Of a DNA stretch of 64,000 bases, positions 39,318 through 49,981 are shown in pieces. Location: the sequence record PV544171.1. One strand, 5' to 3'. Source of the stretch: Enterococcus phage AllMyExes. Position 1 is the stretch's first letter, and each line of letters begins with the position of its first letter. Both the position numbers and the translations under genes were made by a program. The notes below the pieces were generated by a model. It made no database searches and was not told where the DNA came from. It saw nothing but the letters and a program-made list of their open reading frames with translations.

Positions 39318-40036
39318 AAGAAACTCAAAAAATATTTGTAACACTAGATGATAAAGATTTTGTTAGTAACTGGGGAACGTCACTCAATAGTGATGAACCT
39401 GTCTATGAAGTAGATTTGCCAATGGATTCTCCATTCTTTTCACATTACTATTCAAATTGTTTTCAGTATGTAGATGGAGAGCTAGTCTTAAGTGAAGAAA
39501 AGTTATTAAAAGTAGAGCTACTAGCAGTAGCCAGTAAGTTTAAAAGGGACTGTGAAGAGACCTACATATTGCAAAAAGTTCCTTATACAATATCAGGCAC
39601 TACCTACTTATTTGATGTTATTAGCGATGATGAGTTTATTAATAAAATAACTCTACTAGACAATAAAATTCAAGATTATGTTGGGATAACTGCTTATGCT
39701 ACATCAGATGGTTCTCAATCGATACTTAAATTTGATAAGTCCCAATATACTACTATGACTAGATATATTAAAAAAGTAGTTGAGTCTAGGGAAAATAAAT
39801 TAAATAATAAGTTGCTTCCTATGATTGAAAATGCTAAGTCTGTAGAAGAAGCCAAAGAAATTTCTTGGAGTTCTGTGCCCGATGAGTTGCTACCGGAGCA
39901 AGAGAACAATGAACCTCAAGACGAGCAAAGTATAGATAGTTTAATTAAAGAAAATAAAGAATTAAGACAAAAAGTAGAATTTAATGAGCTAGCCTTAATG
40001 GATGCAATAAACATGTTCTCGGAAATGAACAAGTAA
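39311..40036 (+). CDS. fibre-associated protein (assembly chaperone candidate)
   Basis: 241 aa, overlapping the stop of the fibre gene. Confidence 0.4.
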   Translation: MVEETQKIFVTLDDKDFVSNWGTSLNSDEPVYEVDLPMDSPFFSHYYSNCFQYVDGELVLSEEKLLKVELLAVASKFKRDCEETYILQKVPYTISGTTYLFDVISDDEFINKITLLDNKIQDYVGITAYATSDGSQSILKFDKSQYTTMTRYIKKVVESRENKLNNKLLPMIENAKSVEEAKEISWSSVPDELLPEQENNEPQDEQSIDSLIKENKELRQKVEFNELALMDAINMFSEMNK

Positions 40037-40067
40037 GCTACTATTAATTAAAGGAGGTGATATTTCT

Positions 40068-40214
40068 ATGTACCCATACTTATCAATGTTATATGCATCT
40101 TATGTAATCAAAGACCCTGAGAACTATCCTTTAGAGAAGGTTCCGGCACTAATTAGAGAAGATGTGGAGAAAATCGTGGAAGAGATGGCAAAAAAGAACG
40201 AAAAACAAGGATAG
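40068..40214 (+). CDS. small ORF B (48 aa; MYPYLSMLYASYVIKD...), paralogue of 22921..23067; not in the ORF track
   Basis: ATG start with strong RBS AAAGGAGGTG. Followed by a terminator at 40279-40306. Confidence 0.5.
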   Translation: MYPYLSMLYASYVIKDPENYPLEKVPALIREDVEKIVEEMAKKNEKQG

Positions 40215-40278
40215 TTAATTTAGTAATTGGAGTAACAATAGGTTTAATCATAGGGCTACTAATTTAAACTAATATAAA

Positions 40279-40306
40279 TGAGGGTAGTTTGTGCTACCCT
40301 CTTTTT
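40279..40306 (+). terminator. Rho-independent terminator
   Basis: GAGGGTAG-TTTGTG-CTACCCTC followed by T6. Confidence 0.65.
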
Positions 40307-40350
40307 TATACTATATTGTACTATATTAAGGAACGAAAGGAGCGGTTACT

Positions 40351-41040
40351 ATGGGACAATCAGATGGTATGGGCGGTACATTAAAACGTATTGCGATTCA
40401 AGTAGGTAACGACCCGAATAAAGGTTGGTATCGATTTCAAGTAAACCCAACTCAATATAAATATAATAAGCCACATCGTGTTACTATATTTAAAACTAAA
40501 TCAAACATTATAACAGAAGACTTTGGTAAAGACATAGAAACTATCCAATTTTCTGGTACAACAGGATTCAGGGTAGACAGCAGAGGTAAAAATGGGGCGG
40601 ACAGACTAAAAGAATTAGAAGAAATAATAGATAATTACGCAAAACAGGGCGGTAATGGTAATAGGTCTAGTGTAGAGATGAAATTTTATAATTTCACAGA
40701 CGATAAATATTTTGTTGTTCATTTAGCACCAGAAGGGCTATCCATTGAACGTTCTGCAGAACAGCCATTATTATTTAATTACACCTTAAGTTTAGTCGTG
40801 TTAAGAGAGGCAGGACAGCCCTCTGAGAGAGCTCAAGTAAGCCCTCAAATAGGTAATGTAAGTCCTAGCATTGGACGGATATACAATGCACAACAGGACA
40901 CTAGAACACCTGCTCAAATACTTCATGATGAATATAGGAGAAGTGTTATGCCAAATACAGCAGTAAATCCTGCAGTAACATCAGGAGCCTATAACTATGG
41001 TGTAAATGAGTTAAAAAAAATAATCGGATATGGAGGGTAG
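40351..41040 (+). CDS. baseplate protein
   Basis: 229-aa ORF that begins the baseplate block. Confidence 0.45.
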   Translation: MGQSDGMGGTLKRIAIQVGNDPNKGWYRFQVNPTQYKYNKPHRVTIFKTKSNIITEDFGKDIETIQFSGTTGFRVDSRGKNGADRLKELEEIIDNYAKQGGNGNRSSVEMKFYNFTDDKYFVVHLAPEGLSIERSAEQPLLFNYTLSLVVLREAGQPSERAQVSPQIGNVSPSIGRIYNAQQDTRTPAQILHDEYRRSVMPNTAVNPAVTSGAYNYGVNELKKIIGYGG

Positions 41041-41043
41041 CTC

Positions 41044-41580
41044 ATGGAAAAAGTAGAACAATCCGCAGATTTGCTAAGATTTTTTAGATATTTAAATGTC
41101 GATATTAGCGGTGAAGTTGTAGCTAATGTTATTGACGACCAACCAAACTTTATATCAAGGTTCTACACCCCTCATACACGAGTTAATAAAATATCTAGTA
41201 CACTATTAGATATTGTTCGAGATAACGATATAGGGGAAACAAATAAGGCTTTGTCTAAAGACTCCTTAACCTACAAATTTTTAAAAAGTGGGCTTAAGCT
41301 TTCATCTCCACGTATTTACGAACTAGCACAAATTGTAGTATTAGAATCCTTTGCTCTTATATATGCTATCGAAGAAGAACCAGAGATGTTTAAAATGATT
41401 AACGAATCAGATGTAAAGCAGACTAGAGAAAATGTTAAATACTTAATTGACTGTTTAGGGGGAGCAAAAGACTATACAGACATAGTGATGGACTTACAAT
41501 CTATGGATGTCGCTCTAGGGTATATTCAGGAGCAAGTTCCTTTAATACAAGGAGGTTTACCAGTAAATGGCACGATATAA
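41044..41580 (+). CDS. baseplate protein
   Basis: 178-aa ORF. Confidence 0.4.
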   Translation: MEKVEQSADLLRFFRYLNVDISGEVVANVIDDQPNFISRFYTPHTRVNKISSTLLDIVRDNDIGETNKALSKDSLTYKFLKSGLKLSSPRIYELAQIVVLESFALIYAIEEEPEMFKMINESDVKQTRENVKYLIDCLGGAKDYTDIVMDLQSMDVALGYIQEQVPLIQGGLPVNGTI

Positions 41581-42271
41581 AAAGCATTTAATTGTATATG
41601 GGGATACAATGCAATCCATAGCACAAAAAGAAACAGGCTCTGTAGATAATTGGGTAAAAATTGCGGAGTACAACGACTTAGTTTACCCTTACATAGTAGA
41701 TACTATGCAAGAAAAAATGAGCAACTTAGAACATCTAGCTACACTTGGAGACACCCTTTTTATACCTGATGAAGGTAACTTATTGGACATTAACACAAGC
41801 TCGTTAAACCAAAGAGATATGGATTTCTTGTTAGGCTTAGCTTTAGGTAAAGACTTGGATATGACAAGTGACACAGACTATTATGAGAATCATGGAACAA
41901 GTGATGAAGTGTTTGCAATAACACATAATGGGCATGGGGACTTGAAGATAGCTAGTGGGGCGGACAATATTAAGCAAGCCACTATATCAAGATTGATGAC
42001 AGCTAAGGGGTCTCTTATGTTGCATCCAGAGTATGGTAGTGACTTGCACTTAATGTTCGGTAAAACAACAATTGAACAAATGAAAATAATTAGTATAGAA
42101 GTATGTGATACAGTACTTAAAGATACACGAGTAGCAGAATGCGTTCTAGTAAACCACTATATTGAAGAAGACCGATATGTTGGTAACTATAGAGCAACCT
42201 TACAGTCTACTAGAGAGCAATTTGAGTTTGTTGTTCAAAACGATAACTCGGGGGCTCTAATTATTGTATAG
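41567..42271 (+). CDS. baseplate wedge protein (gp25/W-like) with N-terminal LysM-like domain
   Basis: N-terminus YKKHLIVYGDTMQSIAQKETGSVDNWVKIAEYN is LysM-like. C-terminal LHPEYGSDLHLMFGK resembles the gp25/GPW signature. Confidence 0.55.
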   Translation: MARYKKHLIVYGDTMQSIAQKETGSVDNWVKIAEYNDLVYPYIVDTMQEKMSNLEHLATLGDTLFIPDEGNLLDINTSSLNQRDMDFLLGLALGKDLDMTSDTDYYENHGTSDEVFAITHNGHGDLKIASGADNIKQATISRLMTAKGSLMLHPEYGSDLHLMFGKTTIEQMKIISIEVCDTVLKDTRVAECVLVNHYIEEDRYVGNYRATLQSTREQFEFVVQNDNSGALIIV

Positions 42272-42286
42272 AAAGGATAAGGTTTA

Positions 42287-43339
42287 ATGAGACTAAAGAA
42301 AATTTCAGAGATACTAGGTAGACTAATTGATGTAACTATGATAAACACACACGAGATAAACGATTTTTCAGTTGGTTCTACTATTCGTTCTATTTATGAA
42401 GCTGTTTCTATGGAGTTAGAGCAGTACTATATTTTAGGTAGAGAGAATATTTTATGGGGAATTGAACAAGGAGTCCTAAATGCTTTTGACTTTAGGAAAA
42501 GAGAAGCAAAAAGAGCGTATGGTATGGTAACACTAGAGTTCCATACGGTTACTCAGACCCCTGTGTATGTACCAACAGGAACAACATTCGACTCTAGCTT
42601 GTCTGGTGCCCCTAGCACGTTAACATTCCAAACGATGCAAGACTACATAATTCCAGAAGGTGTTATAACAGCAAAGGTAGAAGTTTATTGTACAACTGTA
42701 GGTACAAAAGGGAACATACCTAAAGGAAGAATCAATCGGGTAATTAACAATATATCAAACTTAAAAACCGTGTATAATGAGTTTGATTTTTTAACAGGTA
42801 CTGATGAGGAAAGTATAGAGTCCGTTAAAAAAAGATTTCATGCATTTGTGGAATCACGTGGTAGAGCAACGATAAAAGCCTTAGATTACGGTACACGTCA
42901 AGTAGAGGAAGTTGCAGGAGTTTACATCAAAGAAGAAGTAGGTTACGTTAGAATATACGCACATGATTTAAACGGTGATTTAAAACAAGAAACACTAGAT
43001 AAAATAAAAGTAGCTATTGAGGACTACAGACCTGCAGGCATTAAACTGGATGTATTCCCTGTAATAAAATCCAATGTACAAGTGAGTGCAACTGTTACTA
43101 TAAGTGACAAATCGAGAATAAATAGTAAATTAGAAGAAAGAGTGGAGCTTACAATAAGAAACTACTTAAATAGTCAAGTTGTTTCACAACCATTAATTTT
43201 AGCTGACCTAATTCAGGTTATAATGAATATTGACGATGTTTTAATCTATGACTGTAAAATTAACAACATGGAAGGGAACATGGCTGTTAGGGACGAAGAG
43301 ATAATTCGTGCAGGAGAGGTTATTGTAGAACTGATATAA
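42287..43339 (+). CDS. baseplate J-like protein
   Basis: 350 aa, directly after the gp25-like gene, which is the conserved W-J order. Confidence 0.55.
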   Translation: MRLKKISEILGRLIDVTMINTHEINDFSVGSTIRSIYEAVSMELEQYYILGRENILWGIEQGVLNAFDFRKREAKRAYGMVTLEFHTVTQTPVYVPTGTTFDSSLSGAPSTLTFQTMQDYIIPEGVITAKVEVYCTTVGTKGNIPKGRINRVINNISNLKTVYNEFDFLTGTDEESIESVKKRFHAFVESRGRATIKALDYGTRQVEEVAGVYIKEEVGYVRIYAHDLNGDLKQETLDKIKVAIEDYRPAGIKLDVFPVIKSNVQVSATVTISDKSRINSKLEERVELTIRNYLNSQVVSQPLILADLIQVIMNIDDVLIYDCKINNMEGNMAVRDEEIIRAGEVIVELI

Positions 43340-43356
43340 ATTAGGAGGAATATAAT

Positions 43357-45774
43357 GTGAGTAACTTTTATAAAAATATCCACCCTCTGTTGAGACGTGG
43401 TAAGAAACCTAACAAGTATGATGATACTAACTTTGCAGTGCTTAATGCGTTGAACTATGAATTAACTCAGGCAGAGCAGGAGACCATTGCTAGTAAGATT
43501 CATTCTTCATTAGAAACAGCTACAGGTGAGTACCTAGATACTTGGGGGGACTGGTTTGGTGTATATCGTAAAGATGATTGGAATGACGAATATTATAGAA
43601 AAAGAATTATAAGAGAACTTTTACTAAAAAGAGCCACAATTCCTGCTATCATTGATGCGTTATTGGATTTCCTTAACGACAATGATGCAGTCATCCAAAT
43701 ATATGAACCTTGGAGAAACATTTTCTATACAAATAAGTCAAAATTAAACGGTGACGACCATTTAATGGGTTACTACTACCGTTTTGCAATTATCGATATT
43801 TCAATTGATAGACCGTTTCCTCCTGAAATTGTAGAGATTATTAAGGCTTTCAAACCTGCGGGAGTTCTATTCTATCTAAGGCTAGACACAAGCTTAAGTA
43901 AGAATAAAACAACTGTAGAAAGTCCATATGTATACCTAGACGTTACGAATAAGACAGAATTAGAGTTCCTTAACGGTTTATACTATGACCTACGAGGTAG
44001 CATTAACCTGTCTGACCAACGTACACAAGTAGTAGAGAGTAATATCTTCCATACGAATAACTCTATGCTAAACGGGGAAGATGTGCTTGCAGGGGCATTT
44101 GACCACGGAAGAGGTTACATCCACTTAGCAAGTACGACATTGCTTGAGTACACACCAAAACCTACTGACTCTATGAGTGACTTAAAAACAGCTCTAGGAG
44201 AGTCAGGTGCTGACATGTATAATCAAACAAAAGAAAAGGACGGAAGAACAGCTTCTATTCAAGTACCTGCAACAAAGAATATCCACACTTTATACTCAAA
44301 CAGTACAGACTTTAGTGATTACGATTACTCGGGAAACCCTAACGTAATTGTAACAAATGCTAATACATTCAAATCAGGAACTGGCGGAACTCTTACCTAT
44401 AGCAGTGGGGAGTACACTGTTTTGATGGATGGGTCAGATAGATTAAATAAATTTAATACCGATGGGGGAAATAGTGTATACCTAGAAGATAAAGCGACCT
44501 ATACAATTTCTTGTGAAATGTATATCGGTTCTGACTATACTGGGAATGCCGACCAAGTATTTGTTAACTATGCATATCTTGATGGAGGTTACACTTTACT
44601 GCAAACAACAAGACTTCCTGCGGATGCTCCTAGGGATACTTGGATAACAGTAAAAGGAACGTCTACCATGAATTACCAAGGGAGGGTACCTAAAGTATTA
44701 TACTTGAGTTGGCAAACAGTTGCAAGTGATACTAACCCAACCGGTACGCTTAAGATGAGAAATATAAAAATTGAACGTGGGGAAATTAATACTCCGTATC
44801 AACCTAATTTATTAGGGGCACCTTGGTATTTAGGTAAATTTCCATTAGGAAAAAACCTTGCAGACCCTACAGTTAAGTTCCCAATAAACACGAGTGAATA
44901 TAAGTTATATCAAGGTGATATGTCGGAGCCGTTTAGAGTTGGGGAAACGTATACAGTTACTATTGAAGGTATAAAACCTACTAAAAATAAATTTGGTGTG
45001 TATAATGCGGGCACAGTTTTATTAGGATTTTTACATCCTGTAGAGGGTTTACCTAATACATGGACTGGGACATTTAAAGTACCTGCAATAAATGCAGAAT
45101 ACCCTAATAGACTGCAACTATACCAATTATCGAACGATAGTGACTATGGTACTGTTCAAATTGACTGGCTTAAGATTGAAAAAGGAGGTACTAGAACTCC
45201 TAACATTGACTCCTACAACTATGTGGGCACTCTAGTAGAAGATACAGAAAACCCTACAGTAGACCCAACTAAGTACACATGGACAGTATATGGAAGTATA
45301 ACAAATAAAAAAGCATATATAGTATTCGATGTTAAAACTTTTATCGAAGAAAATTATGCTATGGAATTTGAAAAACTTATTGCTGACCTAGGAGAAGACC
45401 AAGCATTAAATACTGTGTTTGAAAACTTTAATATCTCTACAGCACTTAAGGCTCTAGTAAGTCCAAGTTCACCAATTAGTTTCTCGGTTGAACTATACGA
45501 TTTTTCTACGAGTGCATGGCACAAGTTAAACACGGATAGTTTAGACTTACGTATGCGTACATTCAACTTAGTAGCAAACCGTATCACAGACTATCTAAAT
45601 GATTACAAGCTATTATTTGTTCGTTACGTGTTCGATAACGAAACAGATAAAGATGCAACGGTTGAACTAGACATGTTAAATGTACTGTTCAAATACCGTT
45701 TAGGTGAAGGGTACAGTATAGGACTACAATCATCTGTGGAATCACTAACGGAACTCGTTCCTATAGAAGGGTAA
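43357..45774 (+). CDS. baseplate/tail fibre protein with two carbohydrate-binding-like modules
   Basis: 805 aa. Duplicated module ...TYTISCEMYIG...KIERGEINTPYQP and ...TYTVTIEGIKP...KIEKGGTRTPN. Confidence 0.5.
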   Translation: MSNFYKNIHPLLRRGKKPNKYDDTNFAVLNALNYELTQAEQETIASKIHSSLETATGEYLDTWGDWFGVYRKDDWNDEYYRKRIIRELLLKRATIPAIIDALLDFLNDNDAVIQIYEPWRNIFYTNKSKLNGDDHLMGYYYRFAIIDISIDRPFPPEIVEIIKAFKPAGVLFYLRLDTSLSKNKTTVESPYVYLDVTNKTELEFLNGLYYDLRGSINLSDQRTQVVESNIFHTNNSMLNGEDVLAGAFDHGRGYIHLASTTLLEYTPKPTDSMSDLKTALGESGADMYNQTKEKDGRTASIQVPATKNIHTLYSNSTDFSDYDYSGNPNVIVTNANTFKSGTGGTLTYSSGEYTVLMDGSDRLNKFNTDGGNSVYLEDKATYTISCEMYIGSDYTGNADQVFVNYAYLDGGYTLLQTTRLPADAPRDTWITVKGTSTMNYQGRVPKVLYLSWQTVASDTNPTGTLKMRNIKIERGEINTPYQPNLLGAPWYLGKFPLGKNLADPTVKFPINTSEYKLYQGDMSEPFRVGETYTVTIEGIKPTKNKFGVYNAGTVLLGFLHPVEGLPNTWTGTFKVPAINAEYPNRLQLYQLSNDSDYGTVQIDWLKIEKGGTRTPNIDSYNYVGTLVEDTENPTVDPTKYTWTVYGSITNKKAYIVFDVKTFIEENYAMEFEKLIADLGEDQALNTVFENFNISTALKALVSPSSPISFSVELYDFSTSAWHKLNTDSLDLRMRTFNLVANRITDYLNDYKLLFVRYVFDNETDKDATVELDMLNVLFKYRLGEGYSIGLQSSVESLTELVPIEG

Positions 45775-45797
45775 TAGCAAATAATATGTTATAATAT

Positions 45798-45828
45798 AAA
45801 TAGGGCACCTAGTTGTGTCCTATTTTTT
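45798..45828 (+). terminator. Rho-independent terminator; its stem arms (AAATAGGGCAC / GTGTCCTATTT) match the arms of the IR elements
   Basis: 11-bp stem with one G.T pair, 6-nt loop, followed by TTTTAA. Confidence 0.6.
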
Positions 45829-45837
45829 AATAAACAT

Positions 45838-45848
45838 GCTATATTAAC
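45838..45848 (+). promoter_or_regulatory. TGCTATATTAA motif, copy 5
   Basis: Exact 11-mer, 42 nt upstream of 45880. Confidence 0.45.
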
Positions 45849-45879
45849 AATTGAATGATAAAGAAAAGAGGTAAATAAT

Positions 45880-46425
45880 GTGGCTATTGCAACTAACAAT
45901 TCACGAGTGTATGCCTCACTCCAATTAAAAAATAAACAAGACAGTATGTACCTAGCAATTGGTAAAACCACTCCTTGGACTAATGAAGATGCCCCTCCTG
46001 CACCAGACCCTACTACGACTACTCTAACAGAGGTTATCGGTTATAAAAAGGTAGCAAGAGTATCTTTATGTAGAGAATATCTACCAAGTGACGATTCTAA
46101 ATACCCTGTGGTATCCTATGGTTCAAGAAAATTTACGCTAATTCCAGATGAGGACGGCTATAAAGAGCAAGCGTGGATGGTATATGTAGAAGCAGAAATT
46201 ACAGGAGATGAACTACCAACAGGAACATTTAGGCAAGTAGGTATTCATACTGACTTAGTGTCTAAGGCAAGTTCAGAAAAGAAAGCTTTGTTACCTACAG
46301 ATGTAACAGATGCAGGTATTTTGCAATTTTTTGAAAATAGACAGCAACAAAATAGAACAAGTGATGTAATTTTAAAAGAGAAATTTATTATTACAATGGA
46401 AAATAAGAAGTCAGTTAAACAATAG
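45880..46425 (+). CDS. virion structural protein
   Basis: 181-aa ORF. Confidence 0.45.
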   Translation: MAIATNNSRVYASLQLKNKQDSMYLAIGKTTPWTNEDAPPAPDPTTTTLTEVIGYKKVARVSLCREYLPSDDSKYPVVSYGSRKFTLIPDEDGYKEQAWMVYVEAEITGDELPTGTFRQVGIHTDLVSKASSEKKALLPTDVTDAGILQFFENRQQQNRTSDVILKEKFIITMENKKSVKQ

Positions 46426-46439
46426 GAAGGGTGACATAG

Positions 46440-49400
46440 ATGGCTAAAAATATTACAAATGATGATTTAGGTAAAGAGCCTTATAACAATAGATATTACC
46501 AAGGCAAACGATTTTCAGGTTTACTATTTAAACCAGATAAGCCGTTACAACAAGCCGAGTTAAACGAGTTACAGTCAATTATTCAAGGAGATTTAGGCAA
46601 TGTGGCTGAATCCATATTTAGTGACGGTGATATTCAGACCGGTATGGAATACGTACTACAAGATAAGAAGCTTACTATTAAAAAAGGTAAAGTATTCTTA
46701 GGCGGTAAAATGCGTAACTTTGACGAACAGAGTATCGATATTACCGGAGAGGGTACAGAGTATGTAGGTGTTAAACTTGTACAAAAAGTTATTACAGCAG
46801 AAGACGACCCATCACTGTTAGACCAAACAAGTGGTGTTCCTAGCCATTTCTCAGAAGGGGCTGACCGATTGGACGAAGATGTAGTACTAGCAGTTAACGA
46901 TGATTCTGCATCAAACATTTACCACTTTGTTAACGGTGAGTTATACATTAACCCAGATACTCCTGAGATGGACAAGATTAATAAAATACTAGCAGAAAGA
47001 ACTTATGATGAGTCTGGTTCATATCGTGTTCGTGGTTTTGATATGTACACAGAAGTTCATCCAACAGACCCTAACAATAAAATTCAGTTAGTTGTCGATT
47101 CAGGTCGAGCATATGTTTTAGGTTTTAAAGTAGATAAACCTACAACTACTCGTATTGATATTGAGAAGTCAAGAGAGTTAGAAACAATCAATAACGAAGG
47201 TTTCTACTATAGCAATGCAACTCGTAAAAATAAATTAGGTAATTCCCCAGTATCTTCTGTAGACCGTGTAACCGCACAAGTTGAAGTTGCTAAAGAACAG
47301 GTTTCTCGTGGGGTCGTAGGTGGAGGCACCGATTACCTTAAAAACACCTCTGTAACAAAAGTTATCCGTGTATGGACTGAGGGTTCAGGAGCACAGGAGT
47401 ACAAACAAGGTGAAGACTTCCAATTAGTAAATGGTCAAGCAATATCTTGGGCACCTACAGGGCAAGAACCTCCTGCAGGGGGAACCTACTTCGTTCAATA
47501 TGTTTATAATAAAACAATGATTGAAAATACAGATTACAAAGTTGTAATTACTGGTGAAGGCGATGCTAGGGAATGGTATATTGACTTTAACGAGATGACA
47601 GGTTCTAAACCAGTCGATGAATCACTTGTTAACGTAGACTATAAATACTTCTTAGCTCGTAAAGACCTAATTGTATTAGACCATAACGGGAATTTCACTG
47701 TCCATAAAGGACAACCTAATGCTCTAAGACTAGTAGAGGCACCTAACCATGTAGACCCATTAGTTTTAGCTATTGGTACAGTAGTAGTTTACCCAGACTC
47801 AAATACTGCTGATGCTAAACAATGGACAATCACACGTCTAACAATGGAAGAACTACAGAAGTTATCTGTTCGTGTGGAAAACATGGAGTATAACCAAGCA
47901 GTGTTCTACTTAGACCAACCGGCAATGGCAGGAGAAAACCCTATCTATCTACGTGGAGTATTCTCGGATGCGTTTATCTCACTAGATAAATATGACGTTA
48001 GTCACCCAGATGCCACAATTGCTTTTGACTTTGACACAGCAGAAATAACATTGCCTTATGCAGAAATTAATAAAACAGTTCCAACAATTATCGAAGGTTC
48101 TAGTGAAGCACATGTGTGGGGTAGACTAGTAACAGCACCGTTTACCGAAGAAGTGGGTATTAGACAGCCATTTGCTACGGAAGCAATGAACGTTAACCCA
48201 TACAACACCTTTAACAAACAGGGTGCCTTAAAGCTAAACCCTTCTGCAGATAACTGGATTGAAGATGAGCGTATCACAGTTACCAAAGAAGAAACATCTA
48301 CTATGACTGTTCGTCAATGGTGGAGACATGGTGGAGCATCTTGGACAAACGATGAGATGAACATGGTATCTAACATCACGCTCGACCCCGGACAATCTTG
48401 GGGAGGTGCCTCTGGTACAGAAGACCAACGTAAACAAGGGTTATCCGGTTCTACTTTAACCAGTGGCGGTCAGCAAACCAAAGAATCAATGATTGAGTTT
48501 ATGAGACAAATTGATGTTGAGGTTTACGCAGAGAACTTGCAACCTAATGCTAACAACTTATACGTAACATTCGATGGCTTGAGAGTACCTGTTACCCCAT
48601 CTTCTGGTTACCGTAAAGGTGCCACAGAAGGTACTGGTATGGCAAATGCAGACGGAACATTTAAAGGGGTATTTAAAATACCTGCAGGAGTTCGTTGTGG
48701 TACTCGTGAAGTATCTGTTAGAAACGATACAAACTTAGCAAGTACTACGTTCACTGCGCAAGGTACGTTAAAAACAACTGAGGATATTATCATAAAAACC
48801 CATGTTACTATTAACTTGGTTGACCCTTTGGCACAATCATTCAGTTTTAACACTAACAGAGTTGCAACAAGCTTTGATGTATTCTTTGCATCTAAGGATA
48901 ACAGTACAAATATTATTTGTCAAGTACGTGGAATATCAGAAGGTGGGCAACCTAATAAAACTGTGTATGCTGAAAGAGTGTTAAAACCTTCCGAAATCAA
49001 AGTATCAGATGATGCAAGTGTTCCTACGAAAATCAGTTTTGATGACCCACTAATGTGTAAAGCAGGTCAAGAATACTGTTTGGTATTCATTACTGACTCT
49101 GATAAATACACAATGTGGATTGCAACTATGGGTCAAAATAGAGTAGACGAACCAACACAAACAGTAACATCAAACCCTTACTTGGAAGGTGTCCTATACA
49201 GTTCATCTAACGCAAGTGCATGGTCTATTCACCAACTGTCTGATTTGAAGTTCACTGTATACACGGCTAAATTTAACGAAGAAGCTGTACTTGAGTTCGA
49301 TGTTATGAAGAACGTTAATGTAGACCGTATAGTGTTAATGTCTACCTACCTAACACCTGCAAACACTGGTTGTAGATGGGATATGAAACTAGTCCTTGAT

Positions 49401-49904
49401 AATGAGCCTGCAGGTACAACAGTAGATGATAAACCTTGGTTACCTATTGCTAACTACGTAGACTTAGATGTTAACCAGTTAGCTCGTGAGGCTAAGCTTA
49501 GAGCAACATTTAAAGCTAACCAATACATCTCACCAATGCTATCCTTGGACGACATTATGTTCGCAGGATTTTTAACAGCATTGAAAGGTAGCTATGTATC
49601 TCGTACAATAGATTTAACAGAGGCTCCATACAACACGGTTAAAATGTCATATGAACAATTTACACCTGCCGGAACTGTTGTGACTGCTAAATATAGTACA
49701 GATGAAGGTAAAACATGGAAGACATTTACAGTACAGCCTACAACAACACAACGTACACAAGACTTTGTTCGTGTAGACTATGTTGAAAAGATTAATACGG
49801 GTGGGACATTTAAGTCCATTAAATTCCGTCTTGATATGACGACCCAAAACTCCTTCCTCCGTCCAAGAGTAAGAAGACTTATGACTAACATGACAGATAA
49901 ATAG
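46440..49904 (+). CDS. large adsorption-associated tail protein
   Basis: 1154 aa. Size and position (last structural gene before the helicase) match the adsorption-associated tail protein of Twort-like phages, as far as I recall. Confidence 0.5.
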   Translation: MAKNITNDDLGKEPYNNRYYQGKRFSGLLFKPDKPLQQAELNELQSIIQGDLGNVAESIFSDGDIQTGMEYVLQDKKLTIKKGKVFLGGKMRNFDEQSIDITGEGTEYVGVKLVQKVITAEDDPSLLDQTSGVPSHFSEGADRLDEDVVLAVNDDSASNIYHFVNGELYINPDTPEMDKINKILAERTYDESGSYRVRGFDMYTEVHPTDPNNKIQLVVDSGRAYVLGFKVDKPTTTRIDIEKSRELETINNEGFYYSNATRKNKLGNSPVSSVDRVTAQVEVAKEQVSRGVVGGGTDYLKNTSVTKVIRVWTEGSGAQEYKQGEDFQLVNGQAISWAPTGQEPPAGGTYFVQYVYNKTMIENTDYKVVITGEGDAREWYIDFNEMTGSKPVDESLVNVDYKYFLARKDLIVLDHNGNFTVHKGQPNALRLVEAPNHVDPLVLAIGTVVVYPDSNTADAKQWTITRLTMEELQKLSVRVENMEYNQAVFYLDQPAMAGENPIYLRGVFSDAFISLDKYDVSHPDATIAFDFDTAEITLPYAEINKTVPTIIEGSSEAHVWGRLVTAPFTEEVGIRQPFATEAMNVNPYNTFNKQGALKLNPSADNWIEDERITVTKEETSTMTVRQWWRHGGASWTNDEMNMVSNITLDPGQSWGGASGTEDQRKQGLSGSTLTSGGQQTKESMIEFMRQIDVEVYAENLQPNANNLYVTFDGLRVPVTPSSGYRKGATEGTGMANADGTFKGVFKIPAGVRCGTREVSVRNDTNLASTTFTAQGTLKTTEDIIIKTHVTINLVDPLAQSFSFNTNRVATSFDVFFASKDNSTNIICQVRGISEGGQPNKTVYAERVLKPSEIKVSDDASVPTKISFDDPLMCKAGQEYCLVFITDSDKYTMWIATMGQNRVDEPTQTVTSNPYLEGVLYSSSNASAWSIHQLSDLKFTVYTAKFNEEAVLEFDVMKNVNVDRIVLMSTYLTPANTGCRWDMKLVLDNEPAGTTVDDKPWLPIANYVDLDVNQLAREAKLRATFKANQYISPMLSLDDIMFAGFLTALKGSYVSRTIDLTEAPYNTVKMSYEQFTPAGTVVTAKYSTDEGKTWKTFTVQPTTTQRTQDFVRVDYVEKINTGGTFKSIKFRLDMTTQNSFLRPRVRRLMTNMTDK

Positions 49905-49920
49905 CAACAGAATAAGTATA

Positions 49921-49966
49921 ATAGACTCTATATGTTATAATAGACATATAGAGTCTATTTTTTTTG
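49921..49966 (+). terminator. strong terminator hairpin (14-bp stem) with TGTTATAAT in its loop/stem junction
   Basis: ATAGACTCTATATG...CATATAGAGTCTAT followed by T9. Confidence 0.7.
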
Positions 49967-49981
49967 TTAGGAGGAATAAAA

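Noticed and set aside
40200-40266. Tiny hydrophobic ORF (IVNLVIGVTIGLIIGLLI) after small ORF B
   Set aside because: No canonical start codon (ATG, GTG or TTG) in frame, so it is probably not translated, although a leaderless or ATA-start peptide cannot be excluded.
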